DNA of 64,000 bases. It comes from an uncultured delta proteobacterium (GTDB taxonomy: Bacteria; Desulfobacterota; Desulfomonilia; Desulfomonilales; Desulfomonilaceae). The stretch covers positions 96,001-160,000 of the forward strand of contig CAWBKB010000007.1 in NCBI GenBank assembly GCA_963789265.1, in the 5' to 3' direction. The notes below the pieces were generated by a model, which saw nothing but the letters and a program-made list of their open reading frames with translations, was not told the DNA's origin and searched no databases. The translations under genes and the position numbers were made by a program. Of the stretch, positions 19,852 through 31,218 are shown piece after piece; within the stretch, counting starts at the first letter, position 1, and each line of letters opens with the position of its first letter.

Positions 19852-19942
19852 TCCTGTTCCTCGATCCATCTCCGCCAACGGATGCACCAGTTATTGTGGG
19901 ACAATCTCTTAGTTCCGTTAGGATTAGTTATCAGGCATTATC

Positions 19943-20912
19943 TTATCTGCCGTGATACTTCGGAAGTCTGTTCAGAATGCCGCGCTCGATTGTCGCGGCC
20001 GGCCCCGATGCGCCCGATTCTCTGCCGGGACCGCCCAAACCTTCCGTGTTCCGTTCTTCAGTCAATTTGATGGATTCGTCTGTGACCCATGCCAGGGGCT
20101 CTCCAGAGTTGTTAACAAGTTCAAAGTACCCGGGCATACTCGACCTGACCAATGCGGTACGCAGGTGCTCCAAAATATGTCGCTTTTCTTCCTGAGGCAG
20201 ATCCGGCCACTCGGAACCCGCAGTGAAGGACCTGTAATCTTTACTTGCGCTTGAAAGGACAGAATTGCTGATCAGGCGCTGGACTTCAAACTGAATTATT
20301 CTCGCTCCAGCTTGCCTTGCCATATCACGGGCAGCTTGTTTCGCGGTTTTCCCCTTGGGAATCTCTTTGCGAATATCCGCTGCCCTTTTCTCCATAACGC
20401 CTTCAGTCATGGGGAGAATGGCGTTTCTTGAACAGAAAGAACAGTAGAATTCCTATGGGGATAGCAATTATGTACCCGAGCGTCCTGGCAGAAACGCGGT
20501 CCATCAGACCTTTTCCAGGTTCCGCAGCCTCCCATCTGTCCTCACCGGGCAGTATATGGCCGCATTCCGGGCACGAAAGCATCCTCTGAGAGACCCGTGC
20601 TCCGCACTGAGGGCAGGATAAGCCATCCTTTTGGGCATCCTCCCGGTGGATGCCTACGTACGCTACTTCTGCGGTAGGGGACTCTTGGGGTTCATTTGTC
20701 GGAGTAATGCTTTCTTTCCGCTGGAGCGGAATTGCAGACCGCGATTTCAGTTCGGAAGGATCGAGAAGTTTTCTTTCGAGCAGGATACGCATCAGCTTGT
20801 CCAGCTTCGGGCGAGTCAGGCCGTGCAATCTCATCAGGTCTTCGTAGCTTTTGCCGTCGCGAAAGTCCCGCAGAAACTTTTTCGCATTTACTTTTTGTGG
20901 ATTCTGTTCCAT
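19943..20912 (-). CDS. Zinc-ribbon membrane protein; probably one gene split by an extra A near 20425
   Basis: CPQCG...CPECG and a TM helix; removing one A joins FLFKN-AILPMTEGVMEK to the 19943..20410 ORF. Confidence 0.6.
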
Positions 20913-23900
20913 CAAGGATCACCATCAATATTCGCTGAGATTACCCACTCCAGCCCCCATAGTCTAGCTGAACCATCGCTGCTTCCACTCGCGATCAGCG
21001 AAAGATTCGGAAAGAAACACGCGGCCCTGACTGGTGAAGAGTGCCCCTCCACTGTCGCCAAGCACTTTTGCTCTGAAATATCCCAGACGCGCAATGAACA
21101 GTCGTCCGAGCCCGTCACCCAAAACCGTTCATCTTTTGCCGGTGCTACAGCTCGCACCGCGGCCCTATGGCCCCTGAGGGTGACGACATTTACACCTGAC
21201 CCTATCATGTACACCATAACCTCGCCGGTTTCCATTCCCGCGATTACTTTGTCGTCTGAGGCAGTAGGCATTAGCGACGTTATTTTTATGCCCAGATCCC
21301 GGAACGCGCCCTGATTGCGCCCGTTGGCGACGGACCATCGCTGAACGAGCTTTTCTTCCCGCAAGCTGTAGATGGTGTCCAGCCGTTTGGAAAAGCATAC
21401 GAAATCGGGGCATAGGATGGGCACTCCTGCCCGCCTTTTGCCGTCGGTCTTCAGATTCATTAGAAGGACAGAGTCGTCCGAGGAGATGGCGGCCAGTTCC
21501 GAGCCGTTCTCAGAGAGGGATATGGGAAGCCTCAGCCCTGCTATTTCTTCTGTAACGTTCCCAGCGAGGTCCCACCTTCTTAAAATCCCGTCCGTGCTCC
21601 AGGTAACGACCCCAGCGCTTCTCGGCAGAAAGAGAACCTTGTGTACCGGGCTGTTGACGTCGAAGCGCTTGATGCAGTGACCCGTAACGACGTCCCACAT
21701 CGCGGCGGTACCGTCGAGGCTTCCTGTCAGGAGAACCAGACTGTCGGAGCTTGGAGCCAGGGTCACCACCGCATCCTCATGGCCATGAAAAGACCTGACA
21801 AATGCTGCTGATTGCAAACGCCCTCGTGGTGTATCCTGCAACGTGTTTCGGACGAGTATGGCCTCCCTGGACCAACAGAAACCGGGAACATTCCTGAGTC
21901 GCTCGAAAGAAGCCAGCGCCTCGGTTCGGCGTCCCTTTCGCCATGCCAAGTGGAAACCTTGGATTGCATCGTTAAAGGATCTGTGCAATCCGACCAGTTC
22001 TCCGAAGGTCTTCGGACGACATATAGCCGGTTCGAGAAAGTCCTTGGCAAACCAACCTGTGTCAAGGGACCAGAGCCTGACCGAGCCATGTGCGCCGCCG
22101 CTTATAAGTCGCTTTCCGTCTGAAGTAACGGCACAACACGTGGCTACTTCCCCAGGCGAAATGAGAGTTCTGTAGCACCGCCCACTGGCGCTCTCCCACA
22201 CCTTTATGGTCTCGTCCTCAGAGGAGGAGATAAAATACTTTCCATCGGGCATGAAGCGCACGGTAGTCACGTTCCCGCGGTGTCCGGCGAAGCGAGCTAT
22301 TTCCTCACCCGAATCTGCGTCCCAAAGCCCGACCAACTCGTCTTTACCGCCTGTGAGGATTACGTCACCTTCGGGTGAGACATCCAGGCACGATACCGGG
22401 CCGCTATGCGCGGAAATAGTGAAGATCGGTTCCCGCGACTCAGCTACCGTGATCATCAGCCGGCCGTCTTCCGTCCCGACGGCAAGCCGTGCGCAGTCTC
22501 CCAGGAAAGCTAGAGACGAAATTTGTCCCGGAACCTTTGATGATTCCCGGGTTATTCTTTCTGAAGACGTGTCCAGAATACGCAAGCCTCCGGTTGATCC
22601 CCAGGCCGCGAGGTAACGCGAATTCTGCGAGAACCGTAACCCGACTGCGCCCATACCCTGGTACCGCCTGAGAAGCCGTGTCTGGTCCATATCCCACAGA
22701 TCCACTGTCTTGAAGGCTTCCCCATAAGAGGTGGCGGCAAGTTTGCCGTCAGGCGAAAAGGCCCCGGCAACGGGTACAAATGTGAATGTGCGCAGATTCT
22801 TATTGCAGCGACCGCTTTCCCGATCCCAAATGCGGATAGAGCGGTCCTCTCCGACAGAGAAAGCCCTTCCCAAGTCGGGCGAAAAGGCCACAGAAAGTAC
22901 TCCTTTGAGATGTCCTGCAAACGACGTCTGTTCCCCAATGGGAACCAGGCCAAGTGATTTTACAAAGTTCCCGGGCTCGCCCCCGTAATCTTTCCAGCGC
23001 TGCTGGTAGTGAGAACCGTCTCGACAGGCTTTCTGCAGGAGCGACGCTCCTACAAGCGAGTCCCCCCGCTGAAGCGCGATGAGGCCCATGAGATGCGAAT
23101 AGTCTAAACCTTCTCTCACCTCGATATTGAGCGATTCCATGCGGTTGATCACCTCTCGGTCGGAAATCGCCCCCTTTGCCCATCTGAGGCTGTGAAGGTT
23201 GTAGACTGTTTCCAAATGGTCCGGAATTGTTGAGTGAGCGTCCTCGAGGAGCGCTCTCGCCTCTTCTTGACGGCCAAGGTCCAGCAACGACACCGCCTGG
23301 TTGTTCAAGGAATCTGCCTTGAGGCCCACGATGTTCGGAGGCCGCCGGCATTCTCGACCGGGAAAGAGTTGCCCGTTCAGAGTTTCGAGAGCGCCACACA
23401 GCTCTACAAATGACGAATAGCGATTTTCCGGCTTCTTCTCCAGGCATGTCATTATGGTATCGGCCAGCGCACGGGGCAAGTCCGGGCGAATCGTAAGTGG
23501 GTCCACCGGCGGAACTTTCAAGTGGCTCCTCACCAGAGCGGGTAGTGAAGACCCTTTGGGCAACCGGAACGGCATGGTCCCGAGCGTGACTTCGTATAGC
23601 ATTACTCCGAAAGAATATATGTCCGACCGTATATCTTCCCGCCCTTTGTCCTTAAATCTTTCCGGGGCCATAAACCACGGTGAGCCAACGACCCCATCCT
23701 CGAAAAGGGTGACGCTGGTATCTGAATACCTACCGATGGAAGCATTAGAGTCCGCTTTGTCGCTATGCAGCTCCTGAGCGGGCTCTTCTACCCGCTTTAC
23801 CAGTCCGAAGTCAGTGATTTTCAGCGTTTTGTCGCGTCCCATGAGACAGTTTTGCGGCTTTATATCCCTGTGGATCATGCCTTTTTCTTCGGCGTACATC

Positions 23901-24595
23901 ATCCCGTGGCAAAACTGGAGCATCAGATCGACGACTGTCCGGAGGTCCCCGAGCAGTTTCTTGTCCTTCCAATCCTCCAGGGTTCCGCCATCCACATATT
24001 CGATGAATAGCCTGGGCAAGCCGCCGATCACGCGAGCGTAATAACACGTTGCGATATTGGGGTGCAGTCCGAGATCCACCCACAATTCAGCCTCTCTGAG
24101 AAAGCGGATGAGGTGGGCTTCACTTTTCACAGCCCTGCGCTGCGGAGTTTTGATCGCCAGCTTCATCTTCCATACGCGATGGAAAACGAAATATACCTTG
24201 CCCATCCCCCCGTGAGCCGATCCCAGGACCTCGTACAGCCCTTCTATAATTTCGCCTTTCTTCCAGTCGATTATTGCTTGGTCGAACTGCGGGTTCAAAT
24301 CAGCGCCCATGGTTCTTGAAGGGAATCTGATCGACGAGAGCCCGGGAGACTCGGGTGCAAAAGGAGCGACTGAAACTCGCAGGCCGCGCCTTTCGAGGAA
24401 CGTTATCAGTCTGTCGAGATCGCTGCTGACGACGACCTTGGCCATTGTGATTGGCCCATTATTGAGCAGCGCAGGTATGTCTTCCGGAGGGCGCTTGATC
24501 GTGCGTCCCAGAAGTTCCATGATCTTGGGCGGTAGCTCGTTCGGGTCCGCTGTGGCGGAAATCGTGAGGGAAACGTACGATGGATCGGTTTTCAT
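20912..24595 (-). CDS. Ser/Thr protein kinase with TPR and WD40 repeats
   Basis: GGMGKVY, LAIK, HRDIKPQN, DFG, APE; many GH...WD repeats. Confidence 0.95.
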   Translation of the reverse strand: MKTDPSYVSLTISATADPNELPPKIMELLGRTIKRPPEDIPALLNNGPITMAKVVVSSDLDRLITFLERRGLRVSVAPFAPESPGLSSIRFPSRTMGADLNPQFDQAIIDWKKGEIIEGLYEVLGSAHGGMGKVYFVFHRVWKMKLAIKTPQRRAVKSEAHLIRFLREAELWVDLGLHPNIATCYYARVIGGLPRLFIEYVDGGTLEDWKDKKLLGDLRTVVDLMLQFCHGMMYAEEKGMIHRDIKPQNCLMGRDKTLKITDFGLVKRVEEPAQELHSDKADSNASIGRYSDTSVTLFEDGVVGSPWFMAPERFKDKGREDIRSDIYSFGVMLYEVTLGTMPFRLPKGSSLPALVRSHLKVPPVDPLTIRPDLPRALADTIMTCLEKKPENRYSSFVELCGALETLNGQLFPGRECRRPPNIVGLKADSLNNQAVSLLDLGRQEEARALLEDAHSTIPDHLETVYNLHSLRWAKGAISDREVINRMESLNIEVREGLDYSHLMGLIALQRGDSLVGASLLQKACRDGSHYQQRWKDYGGEPGNFVKSLGLVPIGEQTSFAGHLKGVLSVAFSPDLGRAFSVGEDRSIRIWDRESGRCNKNLRTFTFVPVAGAFSPDGKLAATSYGEAFKTVDLWDMDQTRLLRRYQGMGAVGLRFSQNSRYLAAWGSTGGLRILDTSSERITRESSKVPGQISSLAFLGDCARLAVGTEDGRLMITVAESREPIFTISAHSGPVSCLDVSPEGDVILTGGKDELVGLWDADSGEEIARFAGHRGNVTTVRFMPDGKYFISSSEDETIKVWESASGRCYRTLISPGEVATCCAVTSDGKRLISGGAHGSVRLWSLDTGWFAKDFLEPAICRPKTFGELVGLHRSFNDAIQGFHLAWRKGRRTEALASFERLRNVPGFCWSREAILVRNTLQDTPRGRLQSAAFVRSFHGHEDAVVTLAPSSDSLVLLTGSLDGTAAMWDVVTGHCIKRFDVNSPVHKVLFLPRSAGVVTWSTDGILRRWDLAGNVTEEIAGLRLPISLSENGSELAAISSDDSVLLMNLKTDGKRRAGVPILCPDFVCFSKRLDTIYSLREEKLVQRWSVANGRNQGAFRDLGIKITSLMPTASDDKVIAGMETGEVMVYMIGSGVNVVTLRGHRAAVRAVAPAKDERFWVTGSDDCSLRVWDISEQKCLATVEGHSSPVRAACFFPNLSLIASGSSDGSARLWGLEWVISANIDGDP

Positions 24596-24800
24596 GATTT
24601 GAGAAGGTCACACCTCGCCGGATACGCGCGGGTCAATGTTCGGCTAGCGTCAGATTGCACCGTCCCGCGAGACGCGGGATGCGCAGAGAACGCAGAAACA
24701 ACATAATTCTCCGCGGTCTCTGCGTTCTCCGCGGTGAACTGTTACAATTTTCGCGCTTACCACAATAAACTACCAGACCGAAAATTTCCCGAGAATTTGT

Positions 24801-25232
24801 CTATCCGCTGAAGTGCCTTCTCGTTACCGCAAGCGGCAGACCCGCCAATATCAGCAGCACCGCGTTGAAGGCAGCGTTGAAGTATACTCTGTGATAGATC
24901 GAAAGAGTTGTATCCAGGACAAACCATATTGCCAATCCGGTGACAATACAATTCCAGGCCCACCTTTCTTTCTTGGCAAATGGGTAATGCGCAATGAATG
25001 CCATAAACGCGCCCCAGCCGGCGATGGTAGCACCCCAAACTCCATAAACCCATTGCTGAAATTCCTTTGCACTTGCTCCGACAGCGCTCGCGCCCCAGAA
25101 GGCAGGATCAATCTGCCTATTGAACAAATCGAAAACGTGAGCCCCGCTCAACTTTGCCATCAAGGCTCCAAAGATGGTGATTATCGCACCGACAACGAAC
25201 AACCACCTTTGCCAGAACGAGAAATTTGTCAT
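24801..25232 (-). CDS. Hypothetical membrane protein (4 TM)
   Basis: AAGGAG RBS; hydrophobic helices. Confidence 0.75.
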   Translation of the reverse strand: MTNFSFWQRWLFVVGAIITIFGALMAKLSGAHVFDLFNRQIDPAFWGASAVGASAKEFQQWVYGVWGATIAGWGAFMAFIAHYPFAKKERWAWNCIVTGLAIWFVLDTTLSIYHRVYFNAAFNAVLLILAGLPLAVTRRHFSG

Positions 25233-25413
25233 TGGATCGACTCCTTTCGTTATAAACCCGCTCTTCTATGAAGCCCGTGCAGCGATGTGCTCGTCGCGAA
25301 AGCTCCTCTTCCTGGCGATGAATCACCAGGCTACTTTCTGTCGCCCCCTTTGGGGGCTGATTAGATGATCTAAGTCAGCAATCCATTTACAAAGGGTTGT
25401 CCACAGCGTGCCT

Positions 25414-25851
25414 TCAAACTTCTAACACACTTTGCAGCCTGGTCTTTATCCTGTCCGCGTGAGATCCTTCCCAGTAGATGCGGCCGCACAAGGGGCATTC
25501 ATGAAATACTGCAACTTTGTCAAAAATCCTATCCGGGACTCTTCCCGCCACCTTTTCTGGCGTGGAATCGCAAACAGGGACATTGCAGATCAAACACCTG
25601 CTCAGGAAAAGATCCGGATCGGGGCAAACGCCTGCCTGCTCCAACACCTGCCTCAACTGTTCTTGGAGATCCTCGCCGCTGACGACGATCGCTTCGCCGT
25701 GAATGACCGATCGTCTCGCAGTCACGAATAATCGTCCGGCCGATGGAGCCGAACGAGGAAAGGCCGCGTCGAACCCGAGGATTCGCAGCCATTTGGTCAG
25801 GCGGCCGAGCATGCCGTCCACGTCGAACGTGATGGGGGGCTGATTGACCAT
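25414..25851 (-). CDS. Mut7-C RNase domain protein
   Basis: DGMLGRLTKWLRILGFD...SRCLICN...CPLCGRIYWEGSH. Confidence 0.9.
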   Translation of the reverse strand: MVNQPPITFDVDGMLGRLTKWLRILGFDAAFPRSAPSAGRLFVTARRSVIHGEAIVVSGEDLQEQLRQVLEQAGVCPDPDLFLSRCLICNVPVCDSTPEKVAGRVPDRIFDKVAVFHECPLCGRIYWEGSHADRIKTRLQSVLEV

Positions 25852-26125
25852 GACTTATTCCAACAGTAGGGCAGTCCGTCGCCGCAATTGCGTTTCGCTG
25901 AAATCGGCCGCCGACGGGCGCGGCCCGCCCTACCCTGCAACATTCAATTGCACTGTTGGATGATAGGCAATCACAGCCTCAAATTCAACGAGCCTCTGTT
26001 CAGAGAAAAGGCAGCCGATTACGCTACCTTCAGTTCATGACTCACAAAATCGTTGCAATCCGCGATCAAAGCAGTACAACATGCAATTTATCGAGTCTCG
26101 CTTCACCCTTGGAAGGGCGTTCAAC

Positions 26126-26497
26126 ATGAAAATCAAAATCAGTATAGGCAAGCTTTCTGTGGAAGCTGAACTCAACGATACTCCCTCCGCGAAGAAAGTC
26201 GCGACCGCGTTGCCGCTCGAATGCTCTTTCAGCACCTGGGGAGACGAGATCTACTTCTCTATCCCGGTGACCGCACCTCTGGATGAAACCGCAAAAGAGG
26301 TTGTGGAAATCGGCGACCTCGGATATTGGCCGACCGGTAAGGCATTCTGCATATTCTTCGGCCAAACGCCAATGAGCCAACCGGACAGAATCGTGCCCGC
26401 GTCCGCCGTGAATATCATCGGCAAGGTTTTGGGAGATCCCGCGAAATTCAAAGAGGTCATGAACGAGCGGGCAGTGACTCTGGAGAAGGTTGAATAG
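26126..26497 (+). CDS. Cyclophilin-like fold protein (DUF369-like)
   Basis: WGDEIYFSIPV...GDLGYWPTGKAFCIFFGQTP. Confidence 0.88.
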   Translation: MKIKISIGKLSVEAELNDTPSAKKVATALPLECSFSTWGDEIYFSIPVTAPLDETAKEVVEIGDLGYWPTGKAFCIFFGQTPMSQPDRIVPASAVNIIGKVLGDPAKFKEVMNERAVTLEKVE

Positions 26498-26678
26498 GAC
26501 TAGTCTCAATACCTCGGCAGCATTCGAAGGCATGCCGGATACAAGTGCTGCCACTCATCGGCTGATCCGGGTAATAGATGAGTCCGGCGAAGATTACGTT
26601 TATCCCGAAGACGATTTTGCTCCGATCACACTACCGGAGGGCTTGGTCGAGGCCCTCGATCTGGCTGTCAAGCCGTAG
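26490..26678 (+). pseudogene. C-terminal fragment of a conserved small protein
   Basis: IRVIDESGEDYVYP motif without a credible N-terminus. Confidence 0.5.
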
Positions 26679-26796
26679 CCCATGTAGGGTGAGGGGTACG
26701 CACCGCCTCAATCGTGATCTTATCGGAGTTCTTGAAAGTAATCACGGATAGACTTGCGGGTGCCACTGCTGGCTTGCCCAGCAGTGACTTTAGACC

Positions 26797-26828
<32 letters not shown>

Positions 26829-26914
26829 AAGACACGGTCCCCATTTGCTGAGTTCCAACTGCAAACCCTAAATTTTTGAAAACAGCTAATCCGAATTCAC
26901 ATTCGCGTCGGGTC

Positions 26915-27262
26915 CTAATTACGGTGCGAACATCTCTTGCAGGTACCTGCTAATGCGCGGCCAAGCGTGGATGAAGTGAGCTTTCCAAGCCGCTGAATCA
27001 AACGTCCTTGGTCCACTGCGCGAATTTGGTCGAGAACCACATAGCCTGACCTGCCTTGGAAGCGGCATGGCACGCGAAATGGGTACGCATGTCCGCCGGT
27101 CGTGAGAGGTGCGACAATGAAAGTTTGCAAATGAGCATTGAGCTCATCAGGCGATACGATAACGCAAGGACGAGACTTTTGAATTTCGCTCCCTCTAGTG
27201 GGACCGAGACCAACCAGGAATACGTCACCGCGTCGGACGTCCTCGGCCGTCACCATTCCCAA
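26915..27262 (-). CDS. mazF: PemK/MazF toxin (C-terminus probably frameshifted)
   Basis: RRGDVFLVGLGPTRGSEIQKSRPCVIVSPDELN...LDQIRAVD. Confidence 0.9.
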   Translation of the reverse strand: MGMVTAEDVRRGDVFLVGLGPTRGSEIQKSRPCVIVSPDELNAHLQTFIVAPLTTGGHAYPFRVPCRFQGRSGYVVLDQIRAVDQGRLIQRLGKLTSSTLGRALAGTCKRCSHRN

Positions 27263-27498
27263 TCCTTCTCGTCAAAATTGGTGGAAGTGGGCGGATCGAG
27301 CAACCTATCGTCATCCCACTCATGCATTCCCTTGGCTGCATCAGCCCACCCGGACCGAGGAGTGGCCGCCGGCTCGATAACGATGGTCCCATCTTTTACT
27401 CTCAGTTCCACTTCATCGGTCAAGCCGGCTTCCTCTATGAGTGGCTTTGGTAACCGGATACCACGCGAATTGCCAATGCGGACCAACCGGGTTTTCAT
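27250..27498 (-). CDS. mazE: AbrB/MazE antitoxin
   Basis: RIGNSRGIRLPKPLIEEAGL. Confidence 0.9.
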   Translation of the reverse strand: MKTRLVRIGNSRGIRLPKPLIEEAGLTDEVELRVKDGTIVIEPAATPRSGWADAAKGMHEWDDDRLLDPPTSTNFDEKDWEW

Positions 27499-27517
27499 GG
27501 TAGCGCCTCACACTTGA

Positions 27518-27557
27518 AATGTAATTACATTATAAGTACTCATTGAGGTCACGTCAA
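27518..27557 (-). promoter_or_regulatory. mazEF promoter and operator
   Basis: TTGACG-17 bp-TATAAT; perfect palindrome AATGTAATTACATT at 27518-27531. Confidence 0.8.
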
Positions 27558-28154
27558 GGCTGGAGGGCAGGGATTTTCCGGCTATTTAGACCTGCGCGGC
27601 AAGGTTCAAGTTTGCGGATGACCGTTAGACAGCCCGTGCAGGACGTGGTCAGCGAAGCCAACTGTCCCAAGATACGTCCCATTCCCAGACAAGGCCGCGA
27701 ACGATGCGGTTCCCCCGCTGCTCGCGGAGTCACCGAGATCCAATGCATTAGACCCGCGGGACAGAGATATTCCATCACATCAATAACTTGCCCGACCGAC
27801 CGTTAGGTTTTACAACGAATGGTTGACCAGCCTAATTAATTGCGAGACAATATAATTGTAAGGAGGAGGAAACGGGAAAACATGAACCTCCAAATTTATT
27901 TTAGTGGGACAGGCTTCCAGCCTGCCACTGATGGACGGGCAGGATGCCCATCCCCACTGCAAGATGCCCGTGGCCACCGAATCATTATCGGCTTCCTGAT
28001 TAGTTTTGAAAATCCCTGTTACTGAGAAGGCACAATTCGAAACAGAACTTATCTTGGCATTTTGTGCGATCTCTGCGGTAGAGAATGCGCATAATGTATC
28101 CAATATGTAGTCAACTGTCTCTCAAAATGTAAAGCCACACTTAGGACAAAAATC

Positions 28155-28430
28155 ATGGTTGTTACGGGGAACGGCGATAGTCCGAGGGAGAACAACGCGC
28201 GACTTTCCGAGATGGTTCAGCGCGAGCTTGAAGCGCTGACTTTTCGAAAGGAAAGGTACGATTTTACTTATCCTGACCACGTCAAAAATCTCGCTAAGTC
28301 GGAAATGAGGCAAATCTCTCGAGAGAAGGTCATCGAAGAGCTTTGTATGCTTCCCAATTGCCCGGAAGAATGTCCCGACTTTGGAGAATGCCGCGAAAAC
28401 CCTGACAAATGCGGATATATGGGGCGGTGA
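28155..28430 (+). CDS. Small hypothetical protein with a Cys-rich C-terminus
   Basis: AGGA RBS and ATG; CMLPNCPEECPDFGEC...C. Confidence 0.45.
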   Translation: MVVTGNGDSPRENNARLSEMVQRELEALTFRKERYDFTYPDHVKNLAKSEMRQISREKVIEELCMLPNCPEECPDFGECRENPDKCGYMGR

Positions 28431-28782
28431 ATTCGGACCGAGATGTGGCCTCCTGATTCTCGGCCCAGAGGGGTTCTCACATTTTGACAAATTCCCACTC
28501 ACTAACCGATGGCCAGGGCGCCTGACACTGGTCACGCAGGCGTTTAGTTTGCGATTCGTCACCCCGGACTCCGATCCGGGGTCCAGTCTGGATTCCCGCG
28601 TACGCGAGAATGACGACCTCTTACTTGCCCTACAAAATCGGGGGCAAATAGTCTGGATTCCCGCGTACGCGAGAATGACGACGGGCAGGATGCCCGTCTC
28701 CACCAACCGAATCGCAATATCGCCGGCCACTTCTTCGGTCGCTATAGACGAGAAAATGCATCACAGATGAGGAATGACATAA

Positions 28783-30915
28783 ATGGATGATTCGACCCGA
28801 ATCGTTGCCGATCCCAAAGATGAAACCAGTCCAAGTATGCTCAGCGATATGGAAACGGCGGCCGATCCGTCGGGGAGATCTCTGGCGCCTCAGCCGATCC
28901 CATCCAAGGAATTCCAGGAGCAGGCATTCAAATATGTGAGCCAATGGTGCAAGGCGGCCCGAGACTTCGTCAACAGGAAGGTCGAACGATGGAAGCTGCT
29001 GGAAGATCTGTATCACAACCGGCGGGAACTAAATTCCTGGTCAACCCGTTCGGATTCGATAGGCTCGCAGGGCCTGGCGGGGCTCAGGAAACAGTCCGGT
29101 TCGGCGAAAGACCGATGGCAGGCGGATATCATTCTGGCTCCCTCGTACATCGTGGATTCATGGGCGGACAGAGCCTATCAGTCAATCTTCAGCGGCCCTG
29201 AATGGCTGACCGTAATTCCCGAAAACCCTCAAGGGCCTACTACCGAGGATCTGCAATTCCCGACGTCATACAAGCTCCAGGAGCTACTTCTTGCGCGACT
29301 GGCCGAGGGCCAGATCCACGTGAGGCTCTATGAGATACTCCAACACCTGGTCCTATTCGGCTCCGTGTACGCCAAGATATTCTGGTACTCCAAGGGCGTG
29401 ACCCGACATCGGTGGGATTACGAAACCCTTGATGTTATCGAAGATGAAGAAAAGATCTATGATTGCCCCATCGTCCAGGTTATTCCTCTCGACCGAATCC
29501 TGCCGGACTGGACCGCGACCCACAGCGATGTGCAAAGGCATAGCGGAATCGGGCATCGTATTGATAAACCGTATGACCACGTAATCGAGCAGTTCGAACG
29601 GGGCGTATACAATCTTAACCGTGAAGAGTTTGTGACTCGCTGGGAAGACGTGCCCACTGCTACAACAACGGAGGATGACACTCTCCTCCATGATCCTGAT
29701 AGCGACGATCTCGACACCGATGAGATAAGGAAGGTCACTATCTGGGAATGGCACGGCCGGATTCCCACGGACAAAGGCCACAAAGAGTGCCTGTGTACCA
29801 TCATAACCGACAAAGGGGCCGATTCTCCGGAAAATGGGCTCCTCGTGCGTCTCACGGATACGCCGGTACTCTGGTCGGGACTAAGGCCGTTTCTCGCGGC
29901 GCATTACACGCCTCTTCCCGGGCCTCTCGGCATGGGGGCCGTGGAAAGCAACCTCGATCTCATTCACTCCATCTCGCAGTTCATAAGCCAATCCCAGGAC
30001 AATGCCAGACTGACGGCCAACGCTCAGCTTATCGTCCGCCGCGGCTCTTCAGCGGCCAGGCAGATCGGGACCGATTCGGATGTGGTCTACCCGGGAAAGA
30101 TATGGACCGTTGACGAACCGGGCGACATTCAACCCTTCCCGCCCCTGAACTTCCCTCAGCAGGAAGTGAACAGCCTGATTAATTACCTGAACGGTCTTCT
30201 GGAACGGCGCACCACAGTTTCGGATATGGCCCTGGGCGCGGGTGGCGCTTCAAAGACCGCGACAGAGGCTCACATTCTCCAGGAATCCGCCATCAATCCC
30301 TTTACTACCAGAACAGACCTGTTCGCTAGGAGTTTCCTGGAGCCGCTCGGTAGACTTGCCCTCTCGATGCTGCAACAGTTTCTGTTGGAGGATCAGACGA
30401 TCGCGGTACGCGATTTTAGCGGCCTGGACGTCCCTGTGACGGTTACCACCGAAGAGATACAGACAGGGCGCTATAGAGTAGTTGCTACCCTAACTCGGCA
30501 GGATTCAACAAGGCTCGCAAAGGCCCAGAGCATCGAGCGAGTCCTTCCTATTCTCGCGCAATTCCAGTCGATACTTGCAGGTGAAGGCGTACAGATCTCT
30601 TTTTCCGAGATCATAAAGCGCTACCTGGATCTCCTTGGGGTGGACGGTGCCGAACGTGTCCTGAGCCGGATACATCCTCTTCAAGGCGCCCCGCCGGGTG
30701 GAATGGCGATCCAAGACGCGGCGGAAAGCGGTCTGTCGCGGTTTCGTCCCCGCGGCGATCCGACTTTATCGGACAATGTTACAACCGGCCGGGAATCGCC
30801 CACTCCTCTCGTGAGGCACGGCGGACCGATGGGGCCTGAACCTACCGATGCTAATGCGCTGGCCCAATTTCTTCAGATTCAGGCGAATCAACCAACTCAG
30901 CAGGGGAGCTTATGA
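28783..30915 (+). CDS. Phage portal protein (P22/N4-like podovirus type)
   Basis: 710 aa; LVLFGSVYAKIFW, IWEWHG, PF....Y.P.PG..GMG, TATEAHILQES; first gene of the head module. Confidence 0.8.
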   Translation: MDDSTRIVADPKDETSPSMLSDMETAADPSGRSLAPQPIPSKEFQEQAFKYVSQWCKAARDFVNRKVERWKLLEDLYHNRRELNSWSTRSDSIGSQGLAGLRKQSGSAKDRWQADIILAPSYIVDSWADRAYQSIFSGPEWLTVIPENPQGPTTEDLQFPTSYKLQELLLARLAEGQIHVRLYEILQHLVLFGSVYAKIFWYSKGVTRHRWDYETLDVIEDEEKIYDCPIVQVIPLDRILPDWTATHSDVQRHSGIGHRIDKPYDHVIEQFERGVYNLNREEFVTRWEDVPTATTTEDDTLLHDPDSDDLDTDEIRKVTIWEWHGRIPTDKGHKECLCTIITDKGADSPENGLLVRLTDTPVLWSGLRPFLAAHYTPLPGPLGMGAVESNLDLIHSISQFISQSQDNARLTANAQLIVRRGSSAARQIGTDSDVVYPGKIWTVDEPGDIQPFPPLNFPQQEVNSLINYLNGLLERRTTVSDMALGAGGASKTATEAHILQESAINPFTTRTDLFARSFLEPLGRLALSMLQQFLLEDQTIAVRDFSGLDVPVTVTTEEIQTGRYRVVATLTRQDSTRLAKAQSIERVLPILAQFQSILAGEGVQISFSEIIKRYLDLLGVDGAERVLSRIHPLQGAPPGGMAIQDAAESGLSRFRPRGDPTLSDNVTTGRESPTPLVRHGGPMGPEPTDANALAQFLQIQANQPTQQGSL

Positions 30916-31196
30916 CCATGTTTTACAAGGAATATTTGCTGTTTCGCGACGGCTGGGACGAGGATTCGGAGAAAGAGATCGAGGAGAGCCTGGTTCATTG
31001 CGCAATGACCCCGACGTGGCAAAGCCAGTTCCTCCCTGCGTTCGTGGAACTGCTTAAACGAGAGCAATTTATCAAAATTATGGAATGCCTCGACAAAGAC
31101 AAGAACCTCGAATTCAACCGCGGCTTCGTCGCGGGAATCGATCTGGTCTTAAACAGGCTGGACCGCATCTATATCAAGGCCCGGCCCCGGAATTAG
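30912..31196 (+). CDS. Small head-module protein
   Basis: ATGA-coupled to the portal; EFNRGFVAGIDLVL-type helix common after podovirus portals. Confidence 0.65.
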   Translation: MTMFYKEYLLFRDGWDEDSEKEIEESLVHCAMTPTWQSQFLPAFVELLKREQFIKIMECLDKDKNLEFNRGFVAGIDLVLNRLDRIYIKARPRN

Positions 31197-31218
31197 CGGG
31201 AGACCGGCAGGAGGAAGC